A program made the translations under genes and the position numbers. Shown in pieces: positions 18,264 to 28,714 of a DNA stretch of 64,000 nt. How positions within the stretch are numbered: the stretch's first letter is position 1; the number at the start of each line of letters is the position of its first letter. The notes beneath the pieces are model-generated. The model was not told the DNA's origin. It worked only from the letters and a program-made list of their open reading frames with translations, and did not search any database. Source of the stretch: an uncultured Pseudomonadota bacterium (GTDB lineage Bacteria > Pseudomonadota > Alphaproteobacteria > Rs-D84); the NCBI GenBank assembly GCA_949283535.1, contig CASDTC010000002.1:6130-70129 (forward strand). Reading direction: 5' to 3'.

Positions 18264-21200
18264 TTACTTTTTGCGTTTCAGACGCATGCGACCGCGTTCC
18301 ACCAAGAAGAACAATGCCGGCGTCAAAACAAATGTAAACACCATACTGGCAAACATACCACCAATCATAACCGCCGCCATGGCAACTTTCATGCCATCGG
18401 CACTCCATAACTGGGGGACCATACCAGTCATAACCGCAATTGATGTCATTAAAATCATGCCCTGTTTATCTTTTAATTCGGCCCACAATGCATCATATGG
18501 TTTTTCGCCATTTGCAACACGACCAATTGTTGGTTCCAATACCAAAATGTTATTGTTAACCACCAATCCAACCAACATAACGAATGCCAACATTGCGCCA
18601 ACATTCATTGATGCCCCAGACAAGAACATCAATACAAACACACCAACAAAACTGGTTGCAATTGATGTTGCAATTGTAAATGGATGTGCCAATGAATTCA
18701 TAATCGCCGCCAGCAGCATATATGTCAGAATAATCGCCAACATAAATGCGTTACCAATTTCTGTTGTTGTTTCACCCTGGATTTCGGACATACCACCAAA
18801 TTCAGTGCCATATCCAGGTTCCCAATCGATTTGTGCCAATCCTGCTTCTATCTTTTGTTGAACGGGTCCCATTGTTGATTTTCCGATATTTACATCAATT
18901 TCCGTAATTCTGTTTTTATCAATACGGCTGATGTCCGGGGTTGCGCGAACCTGTTGTATTTCGCCCAACTGGGTTAATGGAACCATGCCTTTTTGTGAAT
19001 TTACAAACACATTTTCAAACATTTCCATATTCTTGAACGGTTTTGCAAATTCCAAGACAATTGGATGTTCTTCGCCATTTTCTTTATAATTATAATCATC
19101 GTTTCCATACAGTGCCGTACGCAATGATAATCCAGCATATGAATTGCTGATACCCCAGAAATTCATTTTTTCTTGATCGGGGACAAATCGTGTTTCGGTA
19201 CCTGGGACTTGTTGTGCCAATACCGCTGTTTGTACTTCTGGAATCTGGTTTATCATATCCAGAATCTGTTGGGCATATGCTTCGCGTTTGGAATCATCTT
19301 CGCCATATACATTCAATACGATATCAGCAGATGATGTCCCACTGGATATTGCCATACCCGCACTGATTTGAATTTCAACATCTGGTATTTGCGCCAACAC
19401 TGGATATATTTGACGCGCTAATTCGGTATCAGATATATCGCGTTGATCTAAATCAGTTAATGTTAATTTTATCGCAATGTTTTGCAGACCGCGGTCGCCA
19501 ATTTTTACAGATACCGCCGTTACATCATCAAATTGTTTCAATTTTTCTTCGATTTGGGCGGCAATTTCAGATGACTTTTCATATGTTGCCCCCATTGGCG
19601 CACGCGCTGTTATATTAATTTCATTCGTATCTGTTGATGGCGCAAATTCATTTCCAACAAACCGCATCAACATTGCAGAACCAATCAATATAACAACAGA
19701 TATTACAACAACACGCCATGGATGCGCATGTTGATAATCATACCAGCGGCGCAAACGCGTTGGTTGGGGCGTGGCAGAATCTTTTTCAGACACCACGCGC
19801 GCACGAACGGTCTTGGCATCTGATTTTGAATCAGATTTTTTATTCGCGCGTTTTTTATCTGTTAATCGCAAGATTTTTGCAATCATCATTGGCGTTAATG
19901 TGAACGAGAATAATAATGACAGCAATGTTAAATATACAACTGTCATACCAAATTGTTGCATAAATTGCCCAGCAATTCCGCCCATAAACGCCAACGGCAA
20001 GAACACAACGACATTTGTTCCGACACCTGCCAATACTGATACGGCAACTTTCTTGGTACCATCAATTGCGGCATTTTCTGGATCTTTGCCATTACGCATT
20101 TCTTGCAAGGATGCTTCTATTAAAATAATTGCGTTTGATACCAATGTACCCAGCGCAGATGAATATGCCAGCAGTGTCATTGCGTTGATGGTAAAATTAC
20201 TCATATCCATAAAGAAGAAGCCGGCAATCAATGATGCAGGAATAACAACACCCGCAATAATCGTTGAACGCCAATTGCGTGTAAATGCCAATAATACTAA
20301 TACAGTAAATATAACCCCCAGAATAATACCTTCGATTGTGCCATATGTTTCATCGGCAACCGCAACAGATGAATCTGAAATTATTTCCATATGCGCATCT
20401 GGGAAACGGGTTTGTAAGTCTGATTGAAATTCTGGCAATCTTTCGCGCAAATCTTTTGATATATTAATAGCATTACCATCTGATGCCTTTATAACAGATG
20501 CAATAATAACCTCATTCCCGTTATAACGACCGCCGGTTTCAATATCACGCGCAGCATCAGATACTGTTGCAACATCACGCAATTTAAATGTTTGCCCTTC
20601 GGCAGTGGTTAATTCCAGATTTGCAATTTCATCAACAGTTGCAAATTCACCAATAAAACGAACGCTGGATGAATCTGTGCCGAATTCAATCTTGCCGCCG
20701 GGAACATTCAAATTATGTGCACCCAATGCCGACACAATATCAACAATTGTCGCACCACGCGATGCCAACATATCTGGATCAACATTAATACGAATTGCAC
20801 GCGTTTCACCACCAAATACAGAAACACTGGCAACCCCCGCAATTGCAGTTATTTTATTTGATAATGTATCATCAACATATTCTTGTAAATCGCGCAGGTT
20901 TGAACCACTGACCGCAATATCGATAACTGATTCTTCCAATGGGTTTAATTTTTCAACAATCGGTTGTTCCATATCTGATGGGAATTCAGATATCAATGAA
21001 TCCAATTTTGTTTTTACTTCGGTTGCCTTGTCATTCGGGTCCACCCCCAGATTAAATTCAGCCATCACAAACCCACCGTTTTCAAACGCCTGGGATGTAA
21101 TTTTCTTTAATTCTGAAACTTCTGATATGGCATCTTCTGCCTTTTTGACAATTTGCGATTCTATTTCTGCCGGTGCCGCGCCAGGATAAACAAATGTCGC

Positions 21201-21332
21201 CGTAACCATCGGAAAATCAACCGATGGTGTGCGTTCAATGTTCATTTTTGGAAATGAAACAAATCCCAACACAACCCAGAACAAAACAAACATAACCGTT
21301 GTAACCGGTCTGCGTACAAAAAACTTTAACAT
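18264..21332 (-). CDS. RND efflux transporter permease (AcrB/HAE1-like)
   Basis: 1022 aa. The N-terminus is FFVRRPV. The protein has a 12-TM, two-large-loop architecture and internal pseudo-symmetry. Confidence 0.9.
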   Translation of the reverse strand: MLKFFVRRPVTTVMFVLFWVVLGFVSFPKMNIERTPSVDFPMVTATFVYPGAAPAEIESQIVKKAEDAISEVSELKKITSQAFENGGFVMAEFNLGVDPNDKATEVKTKLDSLISEFPSDMEQPIVEKLNPLEESVIDIAVSGSNLRDLQEYVDDTLSNKITAIAGVASVSVFGGETRAIRINVDPDMLASRGATIVDIVSALGAHNLNVPGGKIEFGTDSSSVRFIGEFATVDEIANLELTTAEGQTFKLRDVATVSDAARDIETGGRYNGNEVIIASVIKASDGNAINISKDLRERLPEFQSDLQTRFPDAHMEIISDSSVAVADETYGTIEGIILGVIFTVLVLLAFTRNWRSTIIAGVVIPASLIAGFFFMDMSNFTINAMTLLAYSSALGTLVSNAIILIEASLQEMRNGKDPENAAIDGTKKVAVSVLAGVGTNVVVFLPLAFMGGIAGQFMQQFGMTVVYLTLLSLLFSFTLTPMMIAKILRLTDKKRANKKSDSKSDAKTVRARVVSEKDSATPQPTRLRRWYDYQHAHPWRVVVISVVILIGSAMLMRFVGNEFAPSTDTNEINITARAPMGATYEKSSEIAAQIEEKLKQFDDVTAVSVKIGDRGLQNIAIKLTLTDLDQRDISDTELARQIYPVLAQIPDVEIQISAGMAISSGTSSADIVLNVYGEDDSKREAYAQQILDMINQIPEVQTAVLAQQVPGTETRFVPDQEKMNFWGISNSYAGLSLRTALYGNDDYNYKENGEEHPIVLEFAKPFKNMEMFENVFVNSQKGMVPLTQLGEIQQVRATPDISRIDKNRITEIDVNIGKSTMGPVQQKIEAGLAQIDWEPGYGTEFGGMSEIQGETTTEIGNAFMLAIILTYMLLAAIMNSLAHPFTIATSIATSFVGVFVLMFLSGASMNVGAMLAFVMLVGLVVNNNILVLEPTIGRVANGEKPYDALWAELKDKQGMILMTSIAVMTGMVPQLWSADGMKVAMAAVMIGGMFASMVFTFVLTPALFFLVERGRMRLKRKK

Positions 21333-21364
21333 TTTTAAATCCCCCTGAATTTATGTACGGAAAA

Positions 21365-21961
21365 TTATTTAACAGGCTTTACTTTATCGCCGGCGTTAAC
21401 TTTTGATAATATAACAATATCACCATCATTTAATCCATTGACTAATGCTGTTTGCGAATCTTGACGAACAATGGTTATTTCACGCGATGTGGCAACACCA
21501 TTTTCAACAACCATCACATTGTTGTCATGGATTGCGTATAATGGAATAAAATACCCATTCGTTTTGTATTCTGCATACTGCAACCCATCGGGAACATTAC
21601 GCGTGCGGACAATATGCATACCTGTATTTAAATCGATGTTACGCGATACAGATACTATTTCACCATCACCAACCAATTGACCCACCCGCAATTTATCAAC
21701 CCGCGCCGCAGATACATACGCACGATTATTATGTACAGTGATTGGTTCGCGTAATATTCCATCAGTCTGCGTAATTTCAATTATATTTACTGGTACCCCA
21801 TTTTGCGCAGCGTCACGCGCGGCATTAAATACATCCATTTTATTTTCAGACGCAATCATAACACATCTGAAAATAACCCACCCAATCATTATAATCGCAC
21901 ACACAATATAAATTATGCGCTTTGCCCGTTGTGATTTAAATAATTCTGAAAACCGTTCCAT
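21365..21961 (-). CDS. unusually short periplasmic adaptor (membrane fusion protein)-like subunit, 198 aa
   Basis: It sits between the tolC-like and RND genes. It has an N-terminal TM anchor and beta-rich segments ending LVNGLNDGDIVILSKVNAGDKV, as in HlyD/AcrA C-termini. No coiled-coil hairpin segment is visible. Confidence 0.55.
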   Translation of the reverse strand: MERFSELFKSQRAKRIIYIVCAIIMIGWVIFRCVMIASENKMDVFNAARDAAQNGVPVNIIEITQTDGILREPITVHNNRAYVSAARVDKLRVGQLVGDGEIVSVSRNIDLNTGMHIVRTRNVPDGLQYAEYKTNGYFIPLYAIHDNNVMVVENGVATSREITIVRQDSQTALVNGLNDGDIVILSKVNAGDKVKPVK

Positions 21962-21963
21962 TT

Positions 21964-23289
21964 TTATTCACCCAATTTCTTTACGGATTCTGCCGCCATT
22001 AAAATATTATATTTTGCATTTAACAATGCCATATCCAGTTGATATAACCCAGCTGATACTTCAGATAATTCAACCGCCGATGTTTGACCTGATGCAAAAC
22101 GTTCACGCGAAAAATCATATGCCTTGGCCGCCAAATCGCGCGCGTTTTCCAGTGTCTTTAAATTCCCACGCAGATGATTGTATTGGTCAATTGCGCGCGT
22201 GTATTCTTCGGTTGTCATTTTTTTAGACTTGTCCAGGTCTTGACGCGCCGCTTCGGCATTCATGGCATCAACCGTGGCGTTTGCCATGTTAACCCCACCA
22301 CTGAAAATCGGAACCTGTAACGCCAATCCCCAATATGCAGATTGCAAATTATCACTATTAAACATGTTTTTAAATTCAGTATCCATTGCGATATAATTGT
22401 ATGATGCCGTTGCCGCCAATGTTGGATATGCCCCCGCACGCTGGGACCGCGCATTGCGTTCATACATTTCAATTTGCTGGTTTAAAATATCCCATTGTGG
22501 TGTTGATTTCAGTTCACCAGCATTTAAATCTGCAAATGTTGTTGGAAAATCATCTGTTAAATTTAAATTTTCGTCTAAATCAATACCTGCCATGATTTTC
22601 AACATTCTGTGTGCCGTATCACGATTGAATTTCGCATTAGATAAATTAATTTCCTTGGTCGCGATATCAGATTCAATTTTTACCAAATTGCTGCGGTTTG
22701 CACGACCGGCGGATGTCAGACTGCGCCGTGCCGCACGCGCGGCATCCAAATCTTGTTGGGAAATTTTAACAATTTCATCTGTCATTTTTGCGGTCCAGTA
22801 TAAATCAACCGCACTGTATTTAACCTCGCGCCGGGTCATTTCTTGACTGGATTCCGCAACCTTTATTGCCGCCTTTACACCCTTGACCGCGTTGCCAATT
22901 TTACCAAATGTATAAATTGGCTGGGTAATAGAAACGCCCGCCATAAACATATTATCTGGTATTTCAACATGATTAATTTGCGTACCTAATGCTTCGGCAA
23001 TAATGCCACCCAATTCTGGTGGCAAATCAACACCATACGATTTGGTTGGATTTTCAACATTTATCAGGTTCATGTATGTAACATTGCCACTGATATTAAA
23101 CCAACGATTTGAATTTGCGACATCCAATGACGCTTCGGCTTTTTTAACATTTGCTGCCGCTTTTTTCAAATCTTGTGATTCTGATAATATTTTTTCAACC
23201 GCATCATTTAACGACAAATCCACCGCAAATGCATTGGTCGACATAATTGCTGCACACATTACAATCGCAGCAAATTTAATGCTATGCAT
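21964..23289 (-). CDS. TolC-family outer membrane efflux protein
   Basis: 441 aa with a signal peptide and two OEP-type repeats rich in coiled-coil segments. Confidence 0.8.
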   Translation of the reverse strand: MHSIKFAAIVMCAAIMSTNAFAVDLSLNDAVEKILSESQDLKKAAANVKKAEASLDVANSNRWFNISGNVTYMNLINVENPTKSYGVDLPPELGGIIAEALGTQINHVEIPDNMFMAGVSITQPIYTFGKIGNAVKGVKAAIKVAESSQEMTRREVKYSAVDLYWTAKMTDEIVKISQQDLDAARAARRSLTSAGRANRSNLVKIESDIATKEINLSNAKFNRDTAHRMLKIMAGIDLDENLNLTDDFPTTFADLNAGELKSTPQWDILNQQIEMYERNARSQRAGAYPTLAATASYNYIAMDTEFKNMFNSDNLQSAYWGLALQVPIFSGGVNMANATVDAMNAEAARQDLDKSKKMTTEEYTRAIDQYNHLRGNLKTLENARDLAAKAYDFSRERFASGQTSAVELSEVSAGLYQLDMALLNAKYNILMAAESVKKLGE

Positions 23290-23731
23290 TATTCAACTCC
23301 ATCTTTGTTAAAATACTGTTGATTGTTTTTAATGCGCCCGTTAAAGCAAATTCATCATCGCGCGACAATTTCGAAAATAATTTTTCAATTGCACTGCGCA
23401 TTGCATCCATTGCCTGGGACGCAATTTGTTTGCCGGCGTCCGTTACAGAATACCATGTATTACGACGATCTGCTTCATCAATTTGGCGCAAAACCAGACC
23501 ATCACGTTCCAGTTTACGAAATGCCGCACACAAATTAGGCGCCGTTACCATTTCCCGCCGCGCAATGTCTTTTAATTTTGCCGGTCCCCCCATATGCAGA
23601 CGCACCAAAATACTTAATTGCTGGCGTGGATATTTTGATAAAACCATTGGATCTTTTTTTAATTTGTCCGATAATCTGTCCAAGATTAAAATATTTGCTT
23701 CTAGTAATTTTACAAATTCTTTGCGCGCCAT
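23282..23731 (-). CDS. MarR-family transcriptional regulator
   Basis: The winged-HTH pattern LKDIARREMVTAPNLCAAFRKLERDGLVLR...DRRNTWYSVT is present. It overlaps the tolC-like gene by 8 nt and heads the operon. Confidence 0.8.
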   Translation of the reverse strand: MARKEFVKLLEANILILDRLSDKLKKDPMVLSKYPRQQLSILVRLHMGGPAKLKDIARREMVTAPNLCAAFRKLERDGLVLRQIDEADRRNTWYSVTDAGKQIASQAMDAMRSAIEKLFSKLSRDDEFALTGALKTINSILTKMELNNA

Positions 23732-23902
23732 TTTATCCCCCTTTGGTTAAGGCACGAATGATTTAATTATTAAAAACCTGAATTATTATATATTTTAACA
23801 ATTAAAACGCAAGTGCTAAAATAATAAAAAATATAATTTTTTACAAGAGAAAAAATTAATTATTGCAAAAATATAAAAGATATTTATAATCAAGCATGTT
23901 TT

Positions 23903-23976
23903 TGGGGTGTCGTCTAATGGTAGGACAAGAGATTTTGGTTCTCTTTATCATGGTTCGAATCCGTGCGCCCCAACCA
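23903..23976 (+). tRNA. tRNA-Gln (UUG)
   Basis: Hand-folded cloverleaf. The acceptor stem is TGGGGTG/CGCCCCA. The anticodon stem is AGAGA/TCTCT with loop TTTTGGT. The T-arm is CATGG-TTCGAAT-CCGTG. CCA is encoded. Confidence 0.85.
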
Positions 23977-24144
23977 AAAATTAAAACGCCCGTGTGGCGT
24001 TTTTATTTTTGGTTCGCGGTCACGGTTCGCAGCCCGCAACCAACGGTTGCCGGTTCGAAAACAAGTAGATTTGACAAGCACACGCGCAGTCAAATCGTCA
24101 CGGTTTCCCCACAGCCGGCGCAACGCGCCGTGCGAGGGAATTGA

Positions 24145-24161
24145 GTGCGCCCCAACCAAAA
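24145..24161 (+). repeat. direct repeat of the tRNA-Gln 3' end (att-like)
   Basis: GTGCGCCCCAACCAAAA is identical to 23963-23979. Each copy is followed by its own terminator hairpin. Confidence 0.85.
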
Positions 24162-24235
24162 TAAAAAACACCCCATTGGGGTATTTTTATTTACAATTTG
24201 CAAACAAAAAAATAAATGATAACATATTCTGCGTT

Positions 24236-24310
24236 GGTCCCATCGTCTAGCGGTCAGGACATCGGATTCTCATTCCGGTAACACGGGTTCGATTCCCGTT
24301 GGGACTGCCA
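24236..24310 (+). tRNA. tRNA-Glu (CUC)
   Basis: Hand-folded. The acceptor stem is GGTCCCA/TGGGACT (G1-U72). The D-arm is GTCTAGCGGTCAGGAC. The anticodon stem is TCGGA/TCCGG with loop TTCTCAT. The T-arm is ACGGG-TTCGATT-CCCGT. GCCA is encoded. Confidence 0.8.
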
Positions 24311-24459
24311 TAATTTGTATTTGTTGGGAACCAGCAAATACGAATTATGTGAATGCCCCGGGAATCGAACACGTGACAAAGGGTTCGAACCGCCGGCGAA
24401 AGGCGGACGGCAGTACGCCGGTTATGTGCCACGCACATAATGAGCCAAGGTGACGAAGT

Positions 24460-24484
24460 ATTCCCGTTGGGACTGCCATAATTT
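24460..24484 (+). repeat. direct repeat of the tRNA-Glu 3' end (att-like)
   Basis: ATTCCCGTTGGGACTGCCATAATTT (25 nt) is identical to 24292-24316. Confidence 0.9.
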
Positions 24485-24559
24485 TATATTCTACTGTATT
24501 GACAACGCAATTTTTTGTACTATCATGCATTCAATCTAAAACAAGCAAAGGGATTTAAT

Positions 24560-25159
24560 ATGTCTAAATTATCACGGAATATACTGGCGTCTGCGGGGGT
24601 GGCGGTAATTGTTGCGGCAATGATTATTAATGGCATTACGCAATACAAGGCTCCAATACATAACACAGAAAAATTTGAAAACGCACAACGAAATGTACAA
24701 TCTGCAATGCAAGAATATGCCAGGGCGCGCAATTATGCATTACAAACCAGCGAAGATACACTGAAAAAAGACAAAAATTATTTGGCAGAAAAAAAGAAAT
24801 TAAATAATTTAGCCAACAAATTGTTTCATGGCGAAAAAATGATGTCAAAGCAAGAATATCTGGATAAATGCCAAAGGCTGGATAAAATGACCGCACGCGT
24901 TGATTCAATTGCTGATGAATTATGCAATGCATATATCAGTAAAAATAAAGACCTGATTTATGCAACCGCGCAATTAAATAATGCGATTAATACATTGGAA
25001 CAAATTCAGCGCGACAATGCTGTTATTGATTCTTTACGCAATTTACCAATGCAACAGCGCTTTAATCGTGGTTGGGAAAATATTCAGCATGATTTTCACA
25101 GCGCATTATTAAAATATCATTATAAAAAATTACAACGGTTGAATCAAAAAGCAAAATAA
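24560..25159 (+). CDS. membrane-anchored coiled-coil protein, hypothetical (199 aa)
   Basis: The ATG at 24560 is preceded by AAAGGGA. An N-terminal TM (ILASAGVAVIVAAMIING) is followed by helical, Lys/Gln-rich sequence. A terminator follows. Confidence 0.55.
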   Translation: MSKLSRNILASAGVAVIVAAMIINGITQYKAPIHNTEKFENAQRNVQSAMQEYARARNYALQTSEDTLKKDKNYLAEKKKLNNLANKLFHGEKMMSKQEYLDKCQRLDKMTARVDSIADELCNAYISKNKDLIYATAQLNNAINTLEQIQRDNAVIDSLRNLPMQQRFNRGWENIQHDFHSALLKYHYKKLQRLNQKAK

Positions 25160-25187
25160 AAAATGCGCCATATGGCGCATTTTTTTA
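25158..25187. terminator. bidirectional rho-independent terminator
   Basis: AAAAAATGCGCCATATGGCGCATTTTTTT lies between convergent genes. Confidence 0.75.
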
Positions 25188-25217
25188 AACTGAATTCTAA
25201 GCCATGTATTACTGAAA

Positions 25218-25628
25218 TTATGCGGACTGTAATATATCGCGCGCCTGTTCCAAAAAATCGATTGCCAAGTCAATCTGGGCACCATCAATCGATTTTTCTG
25301 GGGTGGTGACATTTGACTGTTTTATTTGCGATAAATGTTCTGTGCCAGATTCATTCATTGCCGATAAAAATTCTGCCGCAGATGTTGGGAATTTCCCATC
25401 ACGCAATAATTTTTTTACCCCCGCAATTGTTAATCCGTGTTTATATAATAAATCGCGTATAATAATTAATCTGTCAACTGTTTCCGCACGATAATAACGC
25501 CGTCCACCCGCACCGGTCGTCGGGCGAATGATAACGGGAAATTGCTTTTCCCAATAACGCAGGGTATGTGCCGGTACAGACAGTCGCTTTGACACTTCAT
25601 TTATTGATGCAAAGTATTCGTTATCCAT
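25218..25628 (-). CDS. MerR-family transcriptional regulator
   Basis: The N-terminal HTH is SINEVSKRLSVPAHTLRYWEKQF...GGRRYY. Confidence 0.8.
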   Translation of the reverse strand: MDNEYFASINEVSKRLSVPAHTLRYWEKQFPVIIRPTTGAGGRRYYRAETVDRLIIIRDLLYKHGLTIAGVKKLLRDGKFPTSAAEFLSAMNESGTEHLSQIKQSNVTTPEKSIDGAQIDLAIDFLEQARDILQSA

Positions 25629-25646
25629 ACCGGTCCCCTATATTTA

Positions 25647-28424
25647 TTATGCATTATTTTGTTCAACTGCGGCGGCATCGTGTTCAACCTCAGCCGCTTC
25701 GCCTTCATCGCTTAATATCGAAATTGCGGACACAACCTTTTCATTTTCAGCGGTGCGGAATAATGTAACGCCCGCTGTACTGCGTCCAGCAATACGAACA
25801 TCACGCACAGGCGTACGGATTATCTTGCCACCATCTGTTACCATGATAATATCGTTATCATCAGCAACCGGGAAAGACCCCGCAACAGCCGTATTTTTAC
25901 CGCCCAGTTTTATATTCGTAAATCCACCACCACCACGGTGTGTTGTGCGGTATTCGTACGAACTGGTGCGCTTGCCAAACCCGTTTTCAGACACTGTCAA
26001 GATAAACTGTTCATTCGCCGCCATCTGTGCCATTTGTTCATCGGTCAAGGTCAAAGTTGTGGATTCTTCTTCGCCATCAGATTCTTCTTCGATTCCAGTG
26101 GCGGCGCGGCGTGCGGCGCGTGATTGCTTTATATACGCACCACGCACGGCGGCATCAGATTCACCATGGTTCAGCATTGCCATGCCGATAATTCTGTCAT
26201 CTGTGCCCAATGTCATGCCACGTACACCGGTCGAGTTACGGCCCGCAAACACGCGTATTTCAGACACAGGGAATCGTATGCACCGACCGCGATATGTTGC
26301 CAAGAATACATCTTGATCTTCGGTGCACGGCAGAACCGAAACCAAACTGTCGCCATCGTCCAATTTCATTGCGATTTTTCCATTTGCACGAATTGAATCA
26401 AAATCAGATGTCCGATTGCGGCGCACCGTGCCAGACGCGGTTGCAAACATCAAGAAATGTTCCACACCAGATGCGCGCGCACGCTGAACATCTTCTTCGG
26501 GAACCGGCAAAATTGCAGTAATTGTTTCGCCATTTTCCAATGGTAATAAATTTACCAATGGGCGACCCTTGGCTGCGGCGGCAGCTTCGGGTAATTTATA
26601 TGTCTTTAATTTATAGCATATTCCGCGCGAACTGAAAAATAACAGCGGCGTATGTGTGTTTGCAACAAATACTTGGACAACATAGTCATCGTCTTTGGTT
26701 GTCATTGCATTACGCCCCTTGCCCCCGCGTTTTTGCGCACGATATGTATCCAGCGATACGCGTTTAATATATCCTGTATTAGACACGGTGATAACCATAT
26801 CTTCGCGGGCGATTAAATCTTCGACATCGATATCAATTTCTGCATCTGATATTTCCGTACGGCGTGGGCTGGCCCAATTATCACGAACCATGGTTGTTTC
26901 ATCACGAATTATTTGAATAATGCGCGCATGACTGCCCAAAATATTCAGCAAGTCTTTTATTTGTGCGCCCAATTCAACCAAATCTGCATGCAACTTTTCG
27001 CGTTCCAGTCCGGTCAGACGATGCAACTGCAATTCCAAAATTGCGCGCGCCTGGTCATCAGACATATAGAACATGCCGTCTTTGTATTCTGTGTTCGGGT
27101 CATCAATCAATTGAATATAATTTTCAATATCAGATGCACGCCAACCACGCGATATCAATGCCGTGCGCGCCGCATCTGGGGATTCGCTGGATTTTATTAA
27201 TTCAATTACTTCGTCCAGATTGCCAACCGCAACCGATAATCCCAATAATGTATGCGCACGATTGCGCGCACGATTCAAGTCAAAAATTGTGCGGCGGCGA
27301 ATAACCTCGCATCGGAAATCGATAAACGCATCCAGAACACCGCGAATATTAAACAACATCGGGCGACCACGATTTAACGCCATCATATTAACCGGAAAAT
27401 TCGTCTGCATTTCCGTGTACTGGAATAAATGATTTAATACAACATCAGGTATTGCATCGCGTTTTAATTCAATTACTATGCGCAATCCTTCCTTGGATGA
27501 TTCATCACGGATTTCCGATATACCTTCGATGCGTTTATCCTTGCTGAGTTCCGCAATTTTCATAATCAATTGGGCTTTGTTCACCTGGTACGGGATTTCA
27601 TCAACAACAATTGCCGGATGATCATGGAATGTTTCCATATGCGTTTTTGCACGAACAATGATTGAACCGCGCCCCGTGGTATGCGCCTTGTACGCGCCGG
27701 CACGCCCCATTATTATTGCCCCGGTTGGGAAATCAGGTCCCGGAATAATGCCAAACAATTCATCATCTGTCAGGTTTGGATTATCCAAGATTGCCAAAAT
27801 TCCATTACAAATTTCACCCAGATTATATGTTGGGACATTTGTTGCCATACCAACTGCGATACCAGATCCACCATTTACCAAGAAATTTGGGAACTTGGTC
27901 GGTAATACAACAGGTTCTTGTAATGTGCCGTCAAAGTTCGGTTGCCAGTCAACAGTATCCTTGTCCATATCGTCCATCATGGATGCGCCCAATTTTGACA
28001 AGCGTGCTTCTGTATAACGCATGGCAGCGGCTTTATCCCCATCGCGCGAACCAAAATTACCCTGACCCTGGACCAACATTTCACCCATGGAAAAATCTTG
28101 TCCCATACGAACCATAGCTTCATAAATAGAACTGTCGCCGTGCGGGTGATATTTACCCATAACATCACCGACAATACGGGCAGATTTAACCGTTGGCTTC
28201 GTCGCCGGGGCAACATCATTCATAACATATAAAATACGCCGATGCACAGGTTTACACCCATCGCGAACATCTGGCAATGCACGGTCAACAATAACCGACA
28301 TGGCATAGTCCAAAAAACTGGTTCGCATTTCATGTTCTAACGATGATTGCGGCACGCGAACATCGTTAATTTCATTGATATTATTCGTTTCAGACATACT
28401 CAGATTTCCCTTGCTTTCTAACAT
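25647..28424 (-). CDS. gyrA: DNA gyrase subunit A
   Basis: 925 aa. [27 protein letters not shown], the QRDR-like segment [13 protein letters not shown] and a C-terminal beta-pinwheel are present. The ATG at 28397 (MSETNN) is an alternative start. Confidence 0.95.
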   Translation of the reverse strand: MLESKGNLSMSETNNINEINDVRVPQSSLEHEMRTSFLDYAMSVIVDRALPDVRDGCKPVHRRILYVMNDVAPATKPTVKSARIVGDVMGKYHPHGDSSIYEAMVRMGQDFSMGEMLVQGQGNFGSRDGDKAAAMRYTEARLSKLGASMMDDMDKDTVDWQPNFDGTLQEPVVLPTKFPNFLVNGGSGIAVGMATNVPTYNLGEICNGILAILDNPNLTDDELFGIIPGPDFPTGAIIMGRAGAYKAHTTGRGSIIVRAKTHMETFHDHPAIVVDEIPYQVNKAQLIMKIAELSKDKRIEGISEIRDESSKEGLRIVIELKRDAIPDVVLNHLFQYTEMQTNFPVNMMALNRGRPMLFNIRGVLDAFIDFRCEVIRRRTIFDLNRARNRAHTLLGLSVAVGNLDEVIELIKSSESPDAARTALISRGWRASDIENYIQLIDDPNTEYKDGMFYMSDDQARAILELQLHRLTGLEREKLHADLVELGAQIKDLLNILGSHARIIQIIRDETTMVRDNWASPRRTEISDAEIDIDVEDLIAREDMVITVSNTGYIKRVSLDTYRAQKRGGKGRNAMTTKDDDYVVQVFVANTHTPLLFFSSRGICYKLKTYKLPEAAAAAKGRPLVNLLPLENGETITAILPVPEEDVQRARASGVEHFLMFATASGTVRRNRTSDFDSIRANGKIAMKLDDGDSLVSVLPCTEDQDVFLATYRGRCIRFPVSEIRVFAGRNSTGVRGMTLGTDDRIIGMAMLNHGESDAAVRGAYIKQSRAARRAATGIEEESDGEEESTTLTLTDEQMAQMAANEQFILTVSENGFGKRTSSYEYRTTHRGGGGFTNIKLGGKNTAVAGSFPVADDNDIIMVTDGGKIIRTPVRDVRIAGRSTAGVTLFRTAENEKVVSAISILSDEGEAAEVEHDAAAVEQNNA

Positions 28425-28517
28425 TTCAAGAATAGCAAATTTTTAGACTTTTGGTCAAGATATAAACCCTAAAAAATATATTGACAAAACTATTATTTGT
28501 GATATTTTATAATTACT

Positions 28518-28712
28518 ATGTCAACAATGAAAGAAGCAATTAATGATTTATATGACGAAACAACATTTATGTTGGCGTCATGTCCAAAAAAACACATAAT
28601 AACAATTATGCAACTGCGCATGGCACAGTGGCACATTAAACAAATACTGGGGGCAATGGATAAAATCGAACACATCCGCGCCCAGCACACAAAAAACAAA
28701 CAACGGGGGTAA
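28518..28712 (+). CDS. hypothetical small protein (64 aa)
   Basis: The ORF starts 4 nt after a TATAAT hexamer, so it may be leaderless. Its stop is coupled to the next small ORF. No motif recognised. Confidence 0.3.
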   Translation: MSTMKEAINDLYDETTFMLASCPKKHIITIMQLRMAQWHIKQILGAMDKIEHIRAQHTKNKQRG

Positions 28713-28714
28713 AA

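Noticed and set aside
24340-24458. A minus-strand tRNA or tmRNA piece suggested by the T-loop-like strings GGGAATCGAAC and GGTTCGAACC
   Set aside because: I could not form a T-stem, acceptor stem or anticodon arm around either string on either strand.
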